Positions 14,241-24,530 are shown, numbered from the stretch's first letter. The stretch is DNA of 64,000 nt from Candidatus Cloacimonadales bacterium (GCA_963662585.1 OY759729.1:1280001-1344000), one strand, 5' to 3'. Notes: generated from the letters alone by a model not told the origin. Numbers and translations are program-made.

Positions 14241-16351
14241 ATCGAGTAGGGTGGTGCGTTAGCACCATCCCTCTCACAGAACCGTGCGTACGGGACTCGT
14301 ACACGGCTCCTGATAAACCTTGTAATTATTCATAATAATTAAATAAAACACTTGTAGGTTTCGATAGTAAGTCATATAGCCCTAATTGCTCAAACCATTC
14401 ATTAGGTAAAGCTCTATGAATATGATAACAACCAGAATTCTTCCAATGTGTCATAGATATTTTCGGAAAATCACTTTTATGCCCAACTCTTCTAAGTTGT
14501 TGGTGAAAAGCTTTCCAACTTTTCCATTCCCGCATTTTCTTCATTCTTAGTCGCCGCCTTATCCATGATAATAGAGACTGAAAGACTCCTTTGCAATTTG
14601 CCACCCTAAAGTAATTCGACCAACCTCTCAATATCGGATTAAGTCTTTTAATCATTGTCTGGACATTAATTCCGCTATTCCGTGGAGTCAGTGACCGAAT
14701 CTTATCTTTGAACGCTTTTACTCTTTTATCCTCTATCTTTACATATGATTCATGTATTTCGAAGCCAAGATACTTGACTCCTTTAAATACACTCGCAATA
14801 TGTGTCTTTTCTTCATTTACGATGAGATAAATTGAGTTTAGATATTCTACCGCAATTCGTTGATATTGTTCTGCTTTTTTCTTAGTCTTAGCAAAAAGTA
14901 AAATGTCATCAGCATAGCGTACTATCTCGATTCCTCGACTTTTCATTTCTTGGTCAAAACTATCAAGATATATGTTCATAAGAAGTGGAGAGATTACCCC
15001 TCCTTGTGGACTTCCTACTTCAGTTTCGCTATACTTCCCTTCTTGCATAACACCAGACTTTAAGATTTTCTCTATCAACTTTAATAATGTTCCGTCACTT
15101 ATTTTCCTATTTAATGATTGCATTATGAATTTATGATTTAATGTATCAAAACATTTTGATAAATCCATATCCACTACAAAAGGAAGCTCTTCCTGAACCA
15201 TTAATATATGTGCTTTAGCCACTGCCTTTTGACAACTTTTGTTGGGACGGTAGCCATAGCTTTGTGGATGAAAATCAGGTTCAAAAATTGGTTGGATGAT
15301 GTTATTTATTGCCTGCTGTACGATTCTATCTTTTACAGTAGGTATTCCTAATGGCCTCATCTTACCATTTCCTTTAGGTATCTCTACCCGTTTCACAGGT
15401 GATGGGATATACTTCCCACTTTTCAATTCTAAATGAATCTGCTCTAAGTTCTCTTGTAGAGTCTCACCAAACTTAGATATAGTAATATTATCTATACCTT
15501 CTGCACCTCTATTTTTCTTTACCTTTAGGAAAGATTCATAGAGATTACCTTTTGAGTAAACTTTATCAATTAAACTGTACCACTTTTTCATTTAGTTTCT
15601 CCTTTTTCACAATAAACAATGTTTAAATTATACTTTCAAATGACAGTTAATTCAATGAAGACCTTCGAAGTTTTTAGCATAAAGCAATCTATCAAAGATT
15701 TTATAGGTTTTGACTATTATCCTTTTTTTAACTTCATCTACTCAGTCTCGTAAGGTCATGATAGAAAGAAGGTACTCACCACCGTCTATCCGAGCCTTGA
15801 ATCTTTCGATTCTCTTCGTTTCCTACTTTTAAGAAAATATCTCTTTAATTATGTTTATTCTTTGGTTTATCTTCATCCCTTCACATGAGATATTTCCTTT
15901 TGAAAAATATCCCCCAATATTACTAAGAATATTGTCCCCTCTGTTTTATCCTCCAGTCTGTCACCAGCTTTCATAGGCAAAGGGTTAGTCACTACTACGG
16001 AATCATCTGCCACCTGCTTATGCTTAATACAACTCTTGCCTTTCAGCTTGTAGTCATAGTTACTCTATTAGAGACATTAACAGGCTTCCCCAGTTAAGCT
16101 ATCCTGCCTGAATGTAAATCCATCTGTTGTAATCCATGTAATCGACTGACTTTTGGGCGTTCTCACTTTTCGAAGAGTTACCCACTACATGAACCAAAAT
16201 CAGTTTACTTTCGCTATGTTCCACATTCTTCCTGCGTCTTACTTCAGACCCTGCCGTTGCCAGCAACGCCCTTGACCTCAGATTGACTTCCTGTCAGTTG
16301 GGTGTCAGGACTTCTTTCAGTCCATCGGCTCAGATAACATTCTGGGCAAAC
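14241..16351 (-). mobile_element. Group II intron (class C / IIC-like), apparently complete, 2111 nt
   Basis: 5' GTTTGCCCAG; short DV GAGCCGTGTACG-AGTCC-CGTACGCACGGTTC; DVI with bulged A ending CTCGAT; inserted directly after a terminator hairpin; encodes RT. Confidence 0.9.
14326..15591 (-). CDS. ltrA: Group II intron reverse transcriptase/maturase, no endonuclease domain
   Basis: GAEGID, RPLGIPTVKDRIVQ, PQGGVISPLL, YADD, domain X (LNPILRGWSNYF); no HNH. Confidence 0.95.
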   Translation of the reverse strand: MKKWYSLIDKVYSKGNLYESFLKVKKNRGAEGIDNITISKFGETLQENLEQIHLELKSGKYIPSPVKRVEIPKGNGKMRPLGIPTVKDRIVQQAINNIIQPIFEPDFHPQSYGYRPNKSCQKAVAKAHILMVQEELPFVVDMDLSKCFDTLNHKFIMQSLNRKISDGTLLKLIEKILKSGVMQEGKYSETEVGSPQGGVISPLLMNIYLDSFDQEMKSRGIEIVRYADDILLFAKTKKKAEQYQRIAVEYLNSIYLIVNEEKTHIASVFKGVKYLGFEIHESYVKIEDKRVKAFKDKIRSLTPRNSGINVQTMIKRLNPILRGWSNYFRVANCKGVFQSLLSWIRRRLRMKKMREWKSWKAFHQQLRRVGHKSDFPKISMTHWKNSGCYHIHRALPNEWFEQLGLYDLLSKPTSVLFNYYE

Positions 16352-16378
16352 AAAAAGGCCTAAGAAAAACTCAGGCCA
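16352..16378 (-). terminator. Intrinsic terminator = intron target site
   Basis: GGCCTGAG-ttttt-CTTAGGCC-TTTTT immediately 5' of intron; T-run continues after intron 3' end. Confidence 0.8.
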
Positions 16379-16409
16379 TTATTTCTATTTCTGTTTTAAA
16401 ATAATTTAA

Positions 16410-16853
16410 TTATTCTTTAGTCTCTTCATCTTCCTCACAGTTACAGTCATCACCGCAGTTGCAATCTTTATCTGTTTCGTCACAGTTGCAATCATCACCG
16501 CAGTCACAATCTTCCTTCTTAGGAGAGTCAGACACTTTAATAGCAAAGACTTCAATATTTAACTTAACTTTACTTAGAACAGGATAGAAATCTTCAATAT
16601 ATTCAGTAACTGTAGTTTGAATATCTTCATTACTGTCAATAACATCTTGTTTAAATCCCACACTAATAGTAATAGATGAAAGAACCATATTAATATTAAT
16701 CTTTGGTTTTTCTCCATAGACATTATTTAGAAATTCTGGCAAGGATTTGCTTAATTTGGAAATAGCGGATATTTTCTGATACATTTTGAATCCTGCATAT
16801 CCTATTCCAGATATAGCTCCTAACCACAGTACTTTCTTAATAAATTTACTCAT
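16410..16853 (-). CDS. Hypothetical protein, N-terminal membrane anchor and Cys/Asp-rich tail
   Basis: Start at ATG 16853 after AAGGAGG; C-terminus CDCGDDCNC...CNCGDDCNC. Confidence 0.75.
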   Translation of the reverse strand: MSKFIKKVLWLGAISGIGYAGFKMYQKISAISKLSKSLPEFLNNVYGEKPKININMVLSSITISVGFKQDVIDSNEDIQTTVTEYIEDFYPVLSKVKLNIEVFAIKVSDSPKKEDCDCGDDCNCDETDKDCNCGDDCNCEEDEETKE

Positions 16854-16890
16854 TTCTCCTCCTTTCAAGTTTAGTTGGTGAAAATATCAT

Positions 16891-17601
16891 CTATTTATAG
16901 ATAGATTTAATTTTTCCCCATGATTTTTTTGTATTACTTACAGGTGTACCTGCTTGAACATCATCTAAAGTTCTTGGGTTGATACTGAAAGCATCAAAAC
17001 CATAGTTAACATTACCAATAATTGCAGAATAAGTAGTGCCAACTGCAGGTTCTGGATGTACATAGAATAAATCATCTACAAAACATGCACCAGTGTTATC
17101 ATTAACAGCCCATTGACCGTAGTTATCAGCTTCTTGAGTAACAGTAACATTCATAACTTTAACTAAGCAACCTTCATAAGATTCAGCAGTCATTCCACCA
17201 GAAATTTGGTTTGTAGTTACGATAGTAGGATTTGGAACTGGGTTACCTGAGCTAAGAACAGTAACACTACAGTAAGTTAATTCTGTATAGCCATAATATT
17301 CATCAACAGTAGCAGTAACTTCTACTAAGTCACCAAGTTGAACATTAACACTCCAATCGAAAACATAGATACCTTTCCATGCTCCACCTTCAGGTTGAGA
17401 GATAAAGAATTTTCCAATTTCTCCAGTAGTGTTTGCACGATTAGCTGTAACAATACCTTGAACAGTTACTTCTTGTCCATCAAAAGTAGATGGATAAGTT
17501 CCATCACTACCAGCATCAGTAGTATACTGAATGTCATAAATAGTAGTAGCACTCATAGCTACAGTAGCAATTAACAATAATACAAGTAAAAAGTTTTTCA
17601 T
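16891..17601 (-). CDS. Secreted OB-fold protein (extracellular-nuclease-type OB domains)
   Basis: Signal peptide; TIYDIQ, GQEVTVQGIVTA, GDLVEVTATVDEYYG; C-terminal SWGKIKSIYK. Confidence 0.75.
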   Translation of the reverse strand: MKNFLLVLLLIATVAMSATTIYDIQYTTDAGSDGTYPSTFDGQEVTVQGIVTANRANTTGEIGKFFISQPEGGAWKGIYVFDWSVNVQLGDLVEVTATVDEYYGYTELTYCSVTVLSSGNPVPNPTIVTTNQISGGMTAESYEGCLVKVMNVTVTQEADNYGQWAVNDNTGACFVDDLFYVHPEPAVGTTYSAIIGNVNYGFDAFSINPRTLDDVQAGTPVSNTKKSWGKIKSIYK

Positions 17602-17955
17602 AATAAACTCCCTTTTTTATTTACATATTTTTTTATACACGCAATTATAAGTCACAATTATCATAGTGACAAAATAGTGTCAATACTTTTTTAACTTTTT
17701 TAAGAAATATTAATTAATCTTTCACTAGAGTTATTAAATTTTTTCTTTATAAATTACCTAATAATTTCATAAAAGCCATTTATTTTGTCTGGACTGCATT
17801 AATACCTATACTCAAACGGCATAAAAAGCTTCTTAGTCGCATATTTTTTCCCTAATTTACTGTAGAGCTTCTATATAAGGGTGTGGACTTAATTTAGAAT
17901 TATTAGTCACGACCTTATATCATAACCTACAAGTAATCATTATATACCAAAAGAG

Positions 17956-17990
17956 CAAAGTCCTATTAAACTATATAAATAGGACTTTGC
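17956..17990 (-). terminator. Putative terminator after FN3 lipoprotein
   Basis: GCAAAGTCCTATT...AATAGGACTTTGC hairpin. Confidence 0.65.
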
Positions 17991-18016
17991 GACTAGGTCA
18001 ATTTCTTTTATATCTA

Positions 18017-19303
18017 CTACTTATCACTCACTTCAAAGTTAAAATGCCCATTAGTTGTAAAAGAACCACCTTCCCAACTAGTTAATAAATTACTTCCTTG
18101 ATAAATACTACCGGCCATTGAGCCCCTTCCATCGGTATCAATACAGTGGAGATAATACAATCCTGCTTCTAGATCAACTCTATATTGAAACATCTCGCCA
18201 GGTCCATCAAATGTCTGAAAGTCTGCGAATATTGTTTCATGGCTACCTTCTTTCCTTATATTCCAAGAAACATATTCAGTATTCCAAGCAGTGAGATAAA
18301 GATAAATTGCATCTTGAGATAATTCAGTAACTTCAATTTCACATTCATTAGAGTAGTCGGAATAGTCGGTAGTTTCAACAAAATCATTATAAGTTCTAAG
18401 TCTATATTTTAAGATATCACCATATTGGAAAGCTAAAGTATCACTATCGACAAATTCAACCACATCTATTTCTGCTACATTTGCAATTTCTATAAAGTCA
18501 CCTTGATTAATTTTTCTTTCAACAATAAAACCAGTTTCACAGCCAGAATAATCCAACCAATGTAGTTTTATTGACTTATCAGAATTAACATTACCGTGCA
18601 CAAATCCTGGTTCATACAAATTCAAATTATATTGCCAAATTGTATAATTCACTGATGTTGAAGAGATTATGCCATCTTCATAAGGACTTTCACTTGTGAT
18701 TCTAAAAGAATATTCTCTACTCAAACATAAATCGGTAATTATGGCTTGGTTTGTATTTTCCTCAAACAATTGAGAGGAAACAAATTCACCTTCGGTTGAT
18801 GGATGGACTCTAAAGTACTCTTCTGTATCGCTATTATCATCCCAAGTTATCTTAACAGCAGATTGGCTAAGCGCATGAACTTGAAGATTTGTAGGTGGAC
18901 TCCAGCGAGCTGTTTTAATGGAAATAGTGTCTTGAACACAGATTTCATTATCAGTCACAACATTGAGTTGGTAGAAATATTCATGATTTTCAGATAAAAG
19001 GGAATCAGTAAAAGATATTTCAGAAATATCTTGTAAAAGAACTAGCTCCTCTCCATCTCTAGTTAATTGATATAAGCTAAAATTTCTCTCATCAGTTTCA
19101 GACCAAGTTAAAGTAACCTTAGAAGATCGGATATTACCATTAGCATATCCCACGGAGAAATCCCCTTCATCTTGTAATAGCTCTCTATTAAATTTTGACC
19201 CAATTGCTTCAGCTAAATCATCATTATCATCATTTGTAGGTGATTCACAACTAATTGCAAATAATATCAATACACAGATAACTGGATAAATAAACTTTTT
19301 CAT
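18017..19303 (-). CDS. Lipoprotein with fibronectin type III repeats
   Basis: Lipobox AISC; VTLTW, PTNL...KITWDDNSDTE, LHWLD...GFIVERK FN3 patterns. Confidence 0.8.
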   Translation of the reverse strand: MKKFIYPVICVLILFAISCESPTNDDNDDLAEAIGSKFNRELLQDEGDFSVGYANGNIRSSKVTLTWSETDERNFSLYQLTRDGEELVLLQDISEISFTDSLLSENHEYFYQLNVVTDNEICVQDTISIKTARWSPPTNLQVHALSQSAVKITWDDNSDTEEYFRVHPSTEGEFVSSQLFEENTNQAIITDLCLSREYSFRITSESPYEDGIISSTSVNYTIWQYNLNLYEPGFVHGNVNSDKSIKLHWLDYSGCETGFIVERKINQGDFIEIANVAEIDVVEFVDSDTLAFQYGDILKYRLRTYNDFVETTDYSDYSNECEIEVTELSQDAIYLYLTAWNTEYVSWNIRKEGSHETIFADFQTFDGPGEMFQYRVDLEAGLYYLHCIDTDGRGSMAGSIYQGSNLLTSWEGGSFTTNGHFNFEVSDK

Positions 19304-19572
19304 TTTTACTCCATTTCTTTTTTATATTTTTTTATTATGATTTTGTAATGTTACTTTTTAAGTACATTTCACTTATTCATATCCACTCATTACACTATTA
19401 ATTTTAATATTTGTAAATATATACTGTATAATATTGAAGAGTTATAATTTTAGTCAATACTTTTTTACATTTTTTTTAAATATTTTACTACTTTGAAGTA
19501 ATAGTATTTTCCATAACAATTCTAGAAGATAATTTTCATAGACATTTAATCATATATCAGCAAATTGGAATT

Positions 19573-21219
19573 ATGAAAAACATAACACTTTTAGGAATAA
19601 ATTCCAGATTTACTCATTCTAATTTGGCCTTATATTATATCCGTGAATCTATTAAGGATTTAGGATTTAATCTTGTCCATCTAGAGGAGAGTATTAATCA
19701 GAATAAATTAAATATATTGGCTCAGGTAATGAAAACAGTTCCGGATGTATTGGCAATTTCCACTTATATTTGGAATAGAGAGATTGTTGATTTTTTAGTA
19801 ACTTCTTTAAAGAGAATATCTCCCAAGATAAAGATTGTATTGGGTGGACCTGAAGCAGGCTACAATAGTTCCTTTTGGTTAAGCAGGCCTTTTCCTCCTG
19901 ATTATGTCATCATTGGAGCTGGAGAAGCTGGCTGGAGATATTTAGCAGAGAATAACTTTAGGTTAGATAAGAAACTGATAAATATTCCTAATCAACCTTT
20001 TATGTCCATAGAATTACCTTATCGCCAGCAAGATTTTAGTTCACTTGAGCATAAGTATGTCTATTATGAAGCTTCGAGAGGATGCCCTTTCAAATGCTCT
20101 TTTTGTTTATCTTCGAGAACTGATCAGAAGTTAGAGTATAAGACTATTGACCAGATTAAGCAAGAGCTTGGCAAAATACTAATTCATGAACCTAAGATAA
20201 TAAAATTTGTTGATAGAAGCTTTAATGTAGATAGAAGTATTTCCCAAGAAACTTGGAAATTTATTAATTCTTTAGAAACATCAACTAAGTTCCATTTTGA
20301 AGTTCATCCCAATCTCTTCACTGAGTCAGATTTTGAAATCTTAAACGAAACTCCTCCTGAAAGAATCCAATTTGAAATCGGTGTTCAATCTACCAATCAG
20401 CAAACTATTTCTGAGATTAACAGGAATCATCATTTTATTCAGTACAAGAATAAATTGAAGCAACTACTAACTATCAAGAATATTCATACTCATCTTGATT
20501 TGATTATCGGCTTACCTTATGAAGACAGAGATTCTTTCCTTAATTCTCTAAATGATTTACTCTTATTAGAACCAGATGTAATTCAATTAGGATTCCTTAA
20601 AATTCTCCCAGGTACCAAAATGCATCAGAAGAAAGAGGAATATGGAATAATTTATGATTCTCAACCTCCTTATCAAATTCTTCAGACCAAGTGGATTTCC
20701 TTCCAAGATATTGCTTATTTCTTAGAATTTGAAGATTCGTTTAATCTAATTCATAATACTACTCGTTTAAGAAACACTTTGGGTTTTATTAATTCTTATT
20801 ATTCACGACCTGTTGATTTATTTCTACACTTTGCTACTTACTTACAAGACAAAGAAGCATTATCAAACACTAATTGGATTAATCTTTTCTCTACTTTTAG
20901 AAGCTTTTTAATCAAGTCTCATCCAAATTTAGATAGAGACTTATTAGATGATTATTTAAGTTGGGATTGGCTTTTACATTCACGAAAGAACAATCTCCCT
21001 TCTTTCTTAGATAGAGAAGCAAATCATAGTTTCAAAAGAGAGGTCTTTGCTGATTTAAAAGGTGATAATTTTGCTTATTGGGAAGATTTATTAGGTGAAG
21101 ATATCAAAAGCCTCAATAATTGTGCCTTTTTTATTCCTAAAAGTAAGATATTTTCTCACGCTATTTTGAATGACAAGAAAAGGGTCTTGGTATTTAAAGA
21201 AAGCATCTTCTTCAACTAA
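19573..21219 (+). CDS. B12-binding radical SAM protein (DUF4080-type C-terminus)
   Basis: IVLGGPE cobalamin-binding domain, SRGCPFKCSFC motif. Confidence 0.9.
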   Translation: MKNITLLGINSRFTHSNLALYYIRESIKDLGFNLVHLEESINQNKLNILAQVMKTVPDVLAISTYIWNREIVDFLVTSLKRISPKIKIVLGGPEAGYNSSFWLSRPFPPDYVIIGAGEAGWRYLAENNFRLDKKLINIPNQPFMSIELPYRQQDFSSLEHKYVYYEASRGCPFKCSFCLSSRTDQKLEYKTIDQIKQELGKILIHEPKIIKFVDRSFNVDRSISQETWKFINSLETSTKFHFEVHPNLFTESDFEILNETPPERIQFEIGVQSTNQQTISEINRNHHFIQYKNKLKQLLTIKNIHTHLDLIIGLPYEDRDSFLNSLNDLLLLEPDVIQLGFLKILPGTKMHQKKEEYGIIYDSQPPYQILQTKWISFQDIAYFLEFEDSFNLIHNTTRLRNTLGFINSYYSRPVDLFLHFATYLQDKEALSNTNWINLFSTFRSFLIKSHPNLDRDLLDDYLSWDWLLHSRKNNLPSFLDREANHSFKREVFADLKGDNFAYWEDLLGEDIKSLNNCAFFIPKSKIFSHAILNDKKRVLVFKESIFFN

Positions 21220-21541
21220 GAGGTTGCTTCTCAACTGTTCATCCTATGATCCTCCCCTGCTCCTTCTAACTCATCACAATGTTTCTTTGAGCATTATTTA
21301 AGGTGTGTGAGAAGTAGGAGTTGAAGACAATAGGAAGACCACTTAATAACTAGGGGAAGAGGCCAATCGGTTTGAATATTACCCTTTCAATCGTCTAAGA
21401 AAAATTCAGAAGAGATTATCTACATAGTAAATCCTTCTTCCTTCATAATAAATAATGAATGTTAGGTCAAAAATTTCTTGTTATTTAGCCTTCTTTCGAT
21501 TAGATTGTTTAAAAAATTAATCTTAATCGGAGAAGCAGATA

Positions 21542-24031
21542 ATGTTCATAGTCCCAGTCCACGATCCTGTACTTATTTTTTCCATAGTAATGACTACAGT
21601 TTTAATAGCCCCGCTCTTAGCAGAAAGGTTTAAATTACCAGGAATTATAGGATTAATCATCTTTGGTGTAATTTTAGGTCCACATGTAAGTAATATTTTA
21701 GAAAGAGATGAGACTATAAACTTACTAGGTAAGATTGGACTTTTATACATTATGTTCCAGGCGGGTTTAGAGATAAACTTGGAAGAGATAAAGAAGAATA
21801 AACATCTTAGTATTAACTTTGGTTTATTAACCTTTTTGATTCCTTTAATTCTCGGAACTGCAAGTGCTTATTATATTTTGAATATGTCATTCAATGCTTC
21901 CTTACTATTAGCCAGTATGTTTTCTTCCCATACACTATTGACATTTCCTATAGTAAGTAGAATGGGCTTAGCTAAGAAGAAATCTGTTACTGCCACAATT
22001 GGTGGAACTATCATAACAGATACCTTGGCTTTCTTAGTATTAGCAGCAATTGCAGCAATTCATACTGGTGAAGTATCGGCAATATTCTGGATAAAATTAC
22101 TTTTATTCTCGGTTATTTATGCTGGAATAGTGATAATCTTCTTACCTAAAATTACTACTTGGTTTTTCCGAAGATTTTTCTCAGAATCAGGAGTAGAAGA
22201 TTATGTATTTGTTATTACAGCCCTCTTTATTTCTGCTTATTTCTCTTATCTAATTGGTTTAGAACCTATTATTGGAGCCTTCCTAGCTGGTTTAACTTTA
22301 AATCCACTTATCCCTGAAAAAGGTCTTCTAATGAATAGAATCCAATTCGTGGGAAACTCTCTCTTTATTCCATTTTTCCTAATTTCAGTGGGAATGCTAA
22401 TCGATCCTGTTGTCTTATTTACCAATAAGTCGGCGATTTTAGTTTCTCTTGTGATGATTGTCATTGTCCTAACTTCCAAAGATATAGCAGCTAGAATATT
22501 CTCTAAAATAGCTAAATTTTCAGCCAATGATAGAGGATTAATCTATGGTATGAGTGTTAATCAAGCAGCTGCAACCTTAGCAGCAGTACTAGTTGGCTTT
22601 AATATAGGTATTTTTACAGAAGCTGTACTATCAGGAACAATTATGATGATTGTTGCTACAAGTTTCGTTGGTTCTATAGTGACTCAGAAATATGCCCGTA
22701 AAATTGCTCTGAGTGAGGATAGTGAGAGTAAGGATATTCCTAGTAAAATGAGTTTGAACAGAATTCTAATACCTCTCTTGAAAGAGAAAGATGTGGCATC
22801 ACTAATGGATTTCTCTTTTCTTCTCCATAATAAAGGCAGTCATGAGCCTCTCTATCCCCTTCATGTTTCTTTGGAAGGAAGCAATTTAGAACAAAAGATA
22901 GTAGAAGGTGAATCTATTTTAGCAAAGGCTAATGTCAGAACTAATGCTATTCAAAAGAATTCAATCCCCTTAAACAAAATCGATAATAATATTTCTGCTT
23001 CGATTCTCAAAACCATTCATGAACAGAGGATTAATAAAGTTATTTTGGGCTGGAGTGAGAATGGTCCATTTATGAGTTCTTTTTATGAAACAACTACTGA
23101 GCAGTTAACAAAATACTGTTTAGAAATGATCTTAATTGCTAACCTAGTAAAACCCCTAAATATAACTAAGCGAATTTTATTGATTATTCCTCCCTACCTC
23201 TATAGACAGTCAGGTTTTACAGATACAATAAACTCTCTCAAAGTACTAAAGAATGCTATTTCTGCAGAATGGTTTATTATCTCAGAAGATGAGACTTTTT
23301 CGGAAATTAAACATCACTTTATAAAGCAGAAAGGTGAAATTGGATTTAAAGCTGTTGAAAGTTGGAAGAGTGTTATACAAGCTATTAAATCTATTTTAGA
23401 ACCAACTGATATGATTATTCAAATACTTGCTAGGAAAGGATCTATTGCTTGGAGAATGAGCTTTGATCAGCTTGCTAACCAGATTTATAAGCAATTCCCA
23501 GCAAATAATTTAGTAGCTACTTATCCTTACCTCCATACTACTGACCATGTTGATTTTGCTGAAAGTGAAGAAGAGCAAAAGACAACTATTAAAAATCGCT
23601 TTATCAATGACTTAATACCTGAGGATAATATTTATTTCGACTATAAAGAGAGTAATCCTCACTTAGTATTTGAATCTATCTTTAAAGATAATTCCCAGTT
23701 ATTGGATGAACAAATACTTAAACAGATTACTGGTGTCCTCCATGATTACCCACTAGAATTAACTAAAGAGATTGTCCTAATTCATACTAGAACAAACCTA
23801 ATCAATGATTATCAAATTTATATTGCTGTTAATCAAAATGGATTTGATATTCCACAGATAGATAATGTCCATAAAATAATGATTATACTTCTATCTCCTG
23901 TGGATAAAACTACTCAAAGTCATCTTAATATCCTTTCTAAGATATCTAGAACTGTTACTCAAGATAAATTCATTACTTCCATACTAAATGCCAAAAATTT
24001 TGATGAATTTAATGAAATGTGTGGGGAATAA
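21542..24031 (+). CDS. Cation:proton antiporter (CPA2) with USP-like and C-terminal PTS-EIIA-like domains
   Basis: 12-13 TM N-terminus with GLE, IITDTL, IIGAFLAGL; soluble C-terminus ending HLNILSKISR. Confidence 0.85.
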   Translation: MFIVPVHDPVLIFSIVMTTVLIAPLLAERFKLPGIIGLIIFGVILGPHVSNILERDETINLLGKIGLLYIMFQAGLEINLEEIKKNKHLSINFGLLTFLIPLILGTASAYYILNMSFNASLLLASMFSSHTLLTFPIVSRMGLAKKKSVTATIGGTIITDTLAFLVLAAIAAIHTGEVSAIFWIKLLLFSVIYAGIVIIFLPKITTWFFRRFFSESGVEDYVFVITALFISAYFSYLIGLEPIIGAFLAGLTLNPLIPEKGLLMNRIQFVGNSLFIPFFLISVGMLIDPVVLFTNKSAILVSLVMIVIVLTSKDIAARIFSKIAKFSANDRGLIYGMSVNQAAATLAAVLVGFNIGIFTEAVLSGTIMMIVATSFVGSIVTQKYARKIALSEDSESKDIPSKMSLNRILIPLLKEKDVASLMDFSFLLHNKGSHEPLYPLHVSLEGSNLEQKIVEGESILAKANVRTNAIQKNSIPLNKIDNNISASILKTIHEQRINKVILGWSENGPFMSSFYETTTEQLTKYCLEMILIANLVKPLNITKRILLIIPPYLYRQSGFTDTINSLKVLKNAISAEWFIISEDETFSEIKHHFIKQKGEIGFKAVESWKSVIQAIKSILEPTDMIIQILARKGSIAWRMSFDQLANQIYKQFPANNLVATYPYLHTTDHVDFAESEEEQKTTIKNRFINDLIPEDNIYFDYKESNPHLVFESIFKDNSQLLDEQILKQITGVLHDYPLELTKEIVLIHTRTNLINDYQIYIAVNQNGFDIPQIDNVHKIMIILLSPVDKTTQSHLNILSKISRTVTQDKFITSILNAKNFDEFNEMCGE

Positions 24032-24079
24032 GTGAGAATTGAGATAAATAGACCTTTCACGCGAATTAACGCTAAGTCA

Positions 24080-24530
24080 GCTAGTGCTGTCACCCCTCTC
24101 AAGAGGGGAATAAAGAAGGGAGTATGATAATCCCTCTTCTGTCGGATTGTGGACAGCCTGAAGACCGGAGTTCCTCAGCCGTAGGCAAGGGACTTCGGAC
24201 GAAGAAATTTGTCTGTCGGATAGTGGACACCCTGAAGACCGGAGCTCCTCAGCCGTAGGCAAGGGACTTCGGACGAAGAAATTTGTCTGTCGGAAGTCGC
24301 TATTCCGTAAAATTGCTCAAAAATTTAGGAATCCGAGAAATAAAGTAATCTACCACGCTACTGCGTGGTGCGAGCAAGATGCTCACTTTCCCAGTTAATA
24401 ATCTAGAAATACTAGTGTTTAATGTGGAAGCAGAAACGCTTCCACTACATAGAAGTGTCGCTCCTCTGGAGCTTAGGTAATTGTTTGGCATCTGTTATCT
24501 ACAAAGATTTCGCTGCCTCTGCAGCTAGTG
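24080..24530. repeat. Cluster of REP-like palindromes including a 74-bp tandem duplication
   Basis: CCCCTCTCAAGAGGGG, 74-bp unit at 24138 and 24212 (partial at 24286), GCGAGCAAGATGCTCAC, GTAG-GTGGAAGC/GCTTCCAC (24421), GCTCCTCTGGAGC. Confidence 0.75.

Noticed and set aside
14326..15591. RT as retron, DGR or defence RT
   Set aside because: It has maturase domain X and sits inside recognisable intron 5' end, DV and DVI; no TR/VR pair or Avd gene seen.
24138..24294. CRISPR array
   Set aside because: Whole 74-bp unit is duplicated with no unique spacers; no cas genes in the window.
24077..24491. ORFs 24077-24262 and 24300-24491
   Set aside because: They are translations of palindromic repeats with no coding signals.
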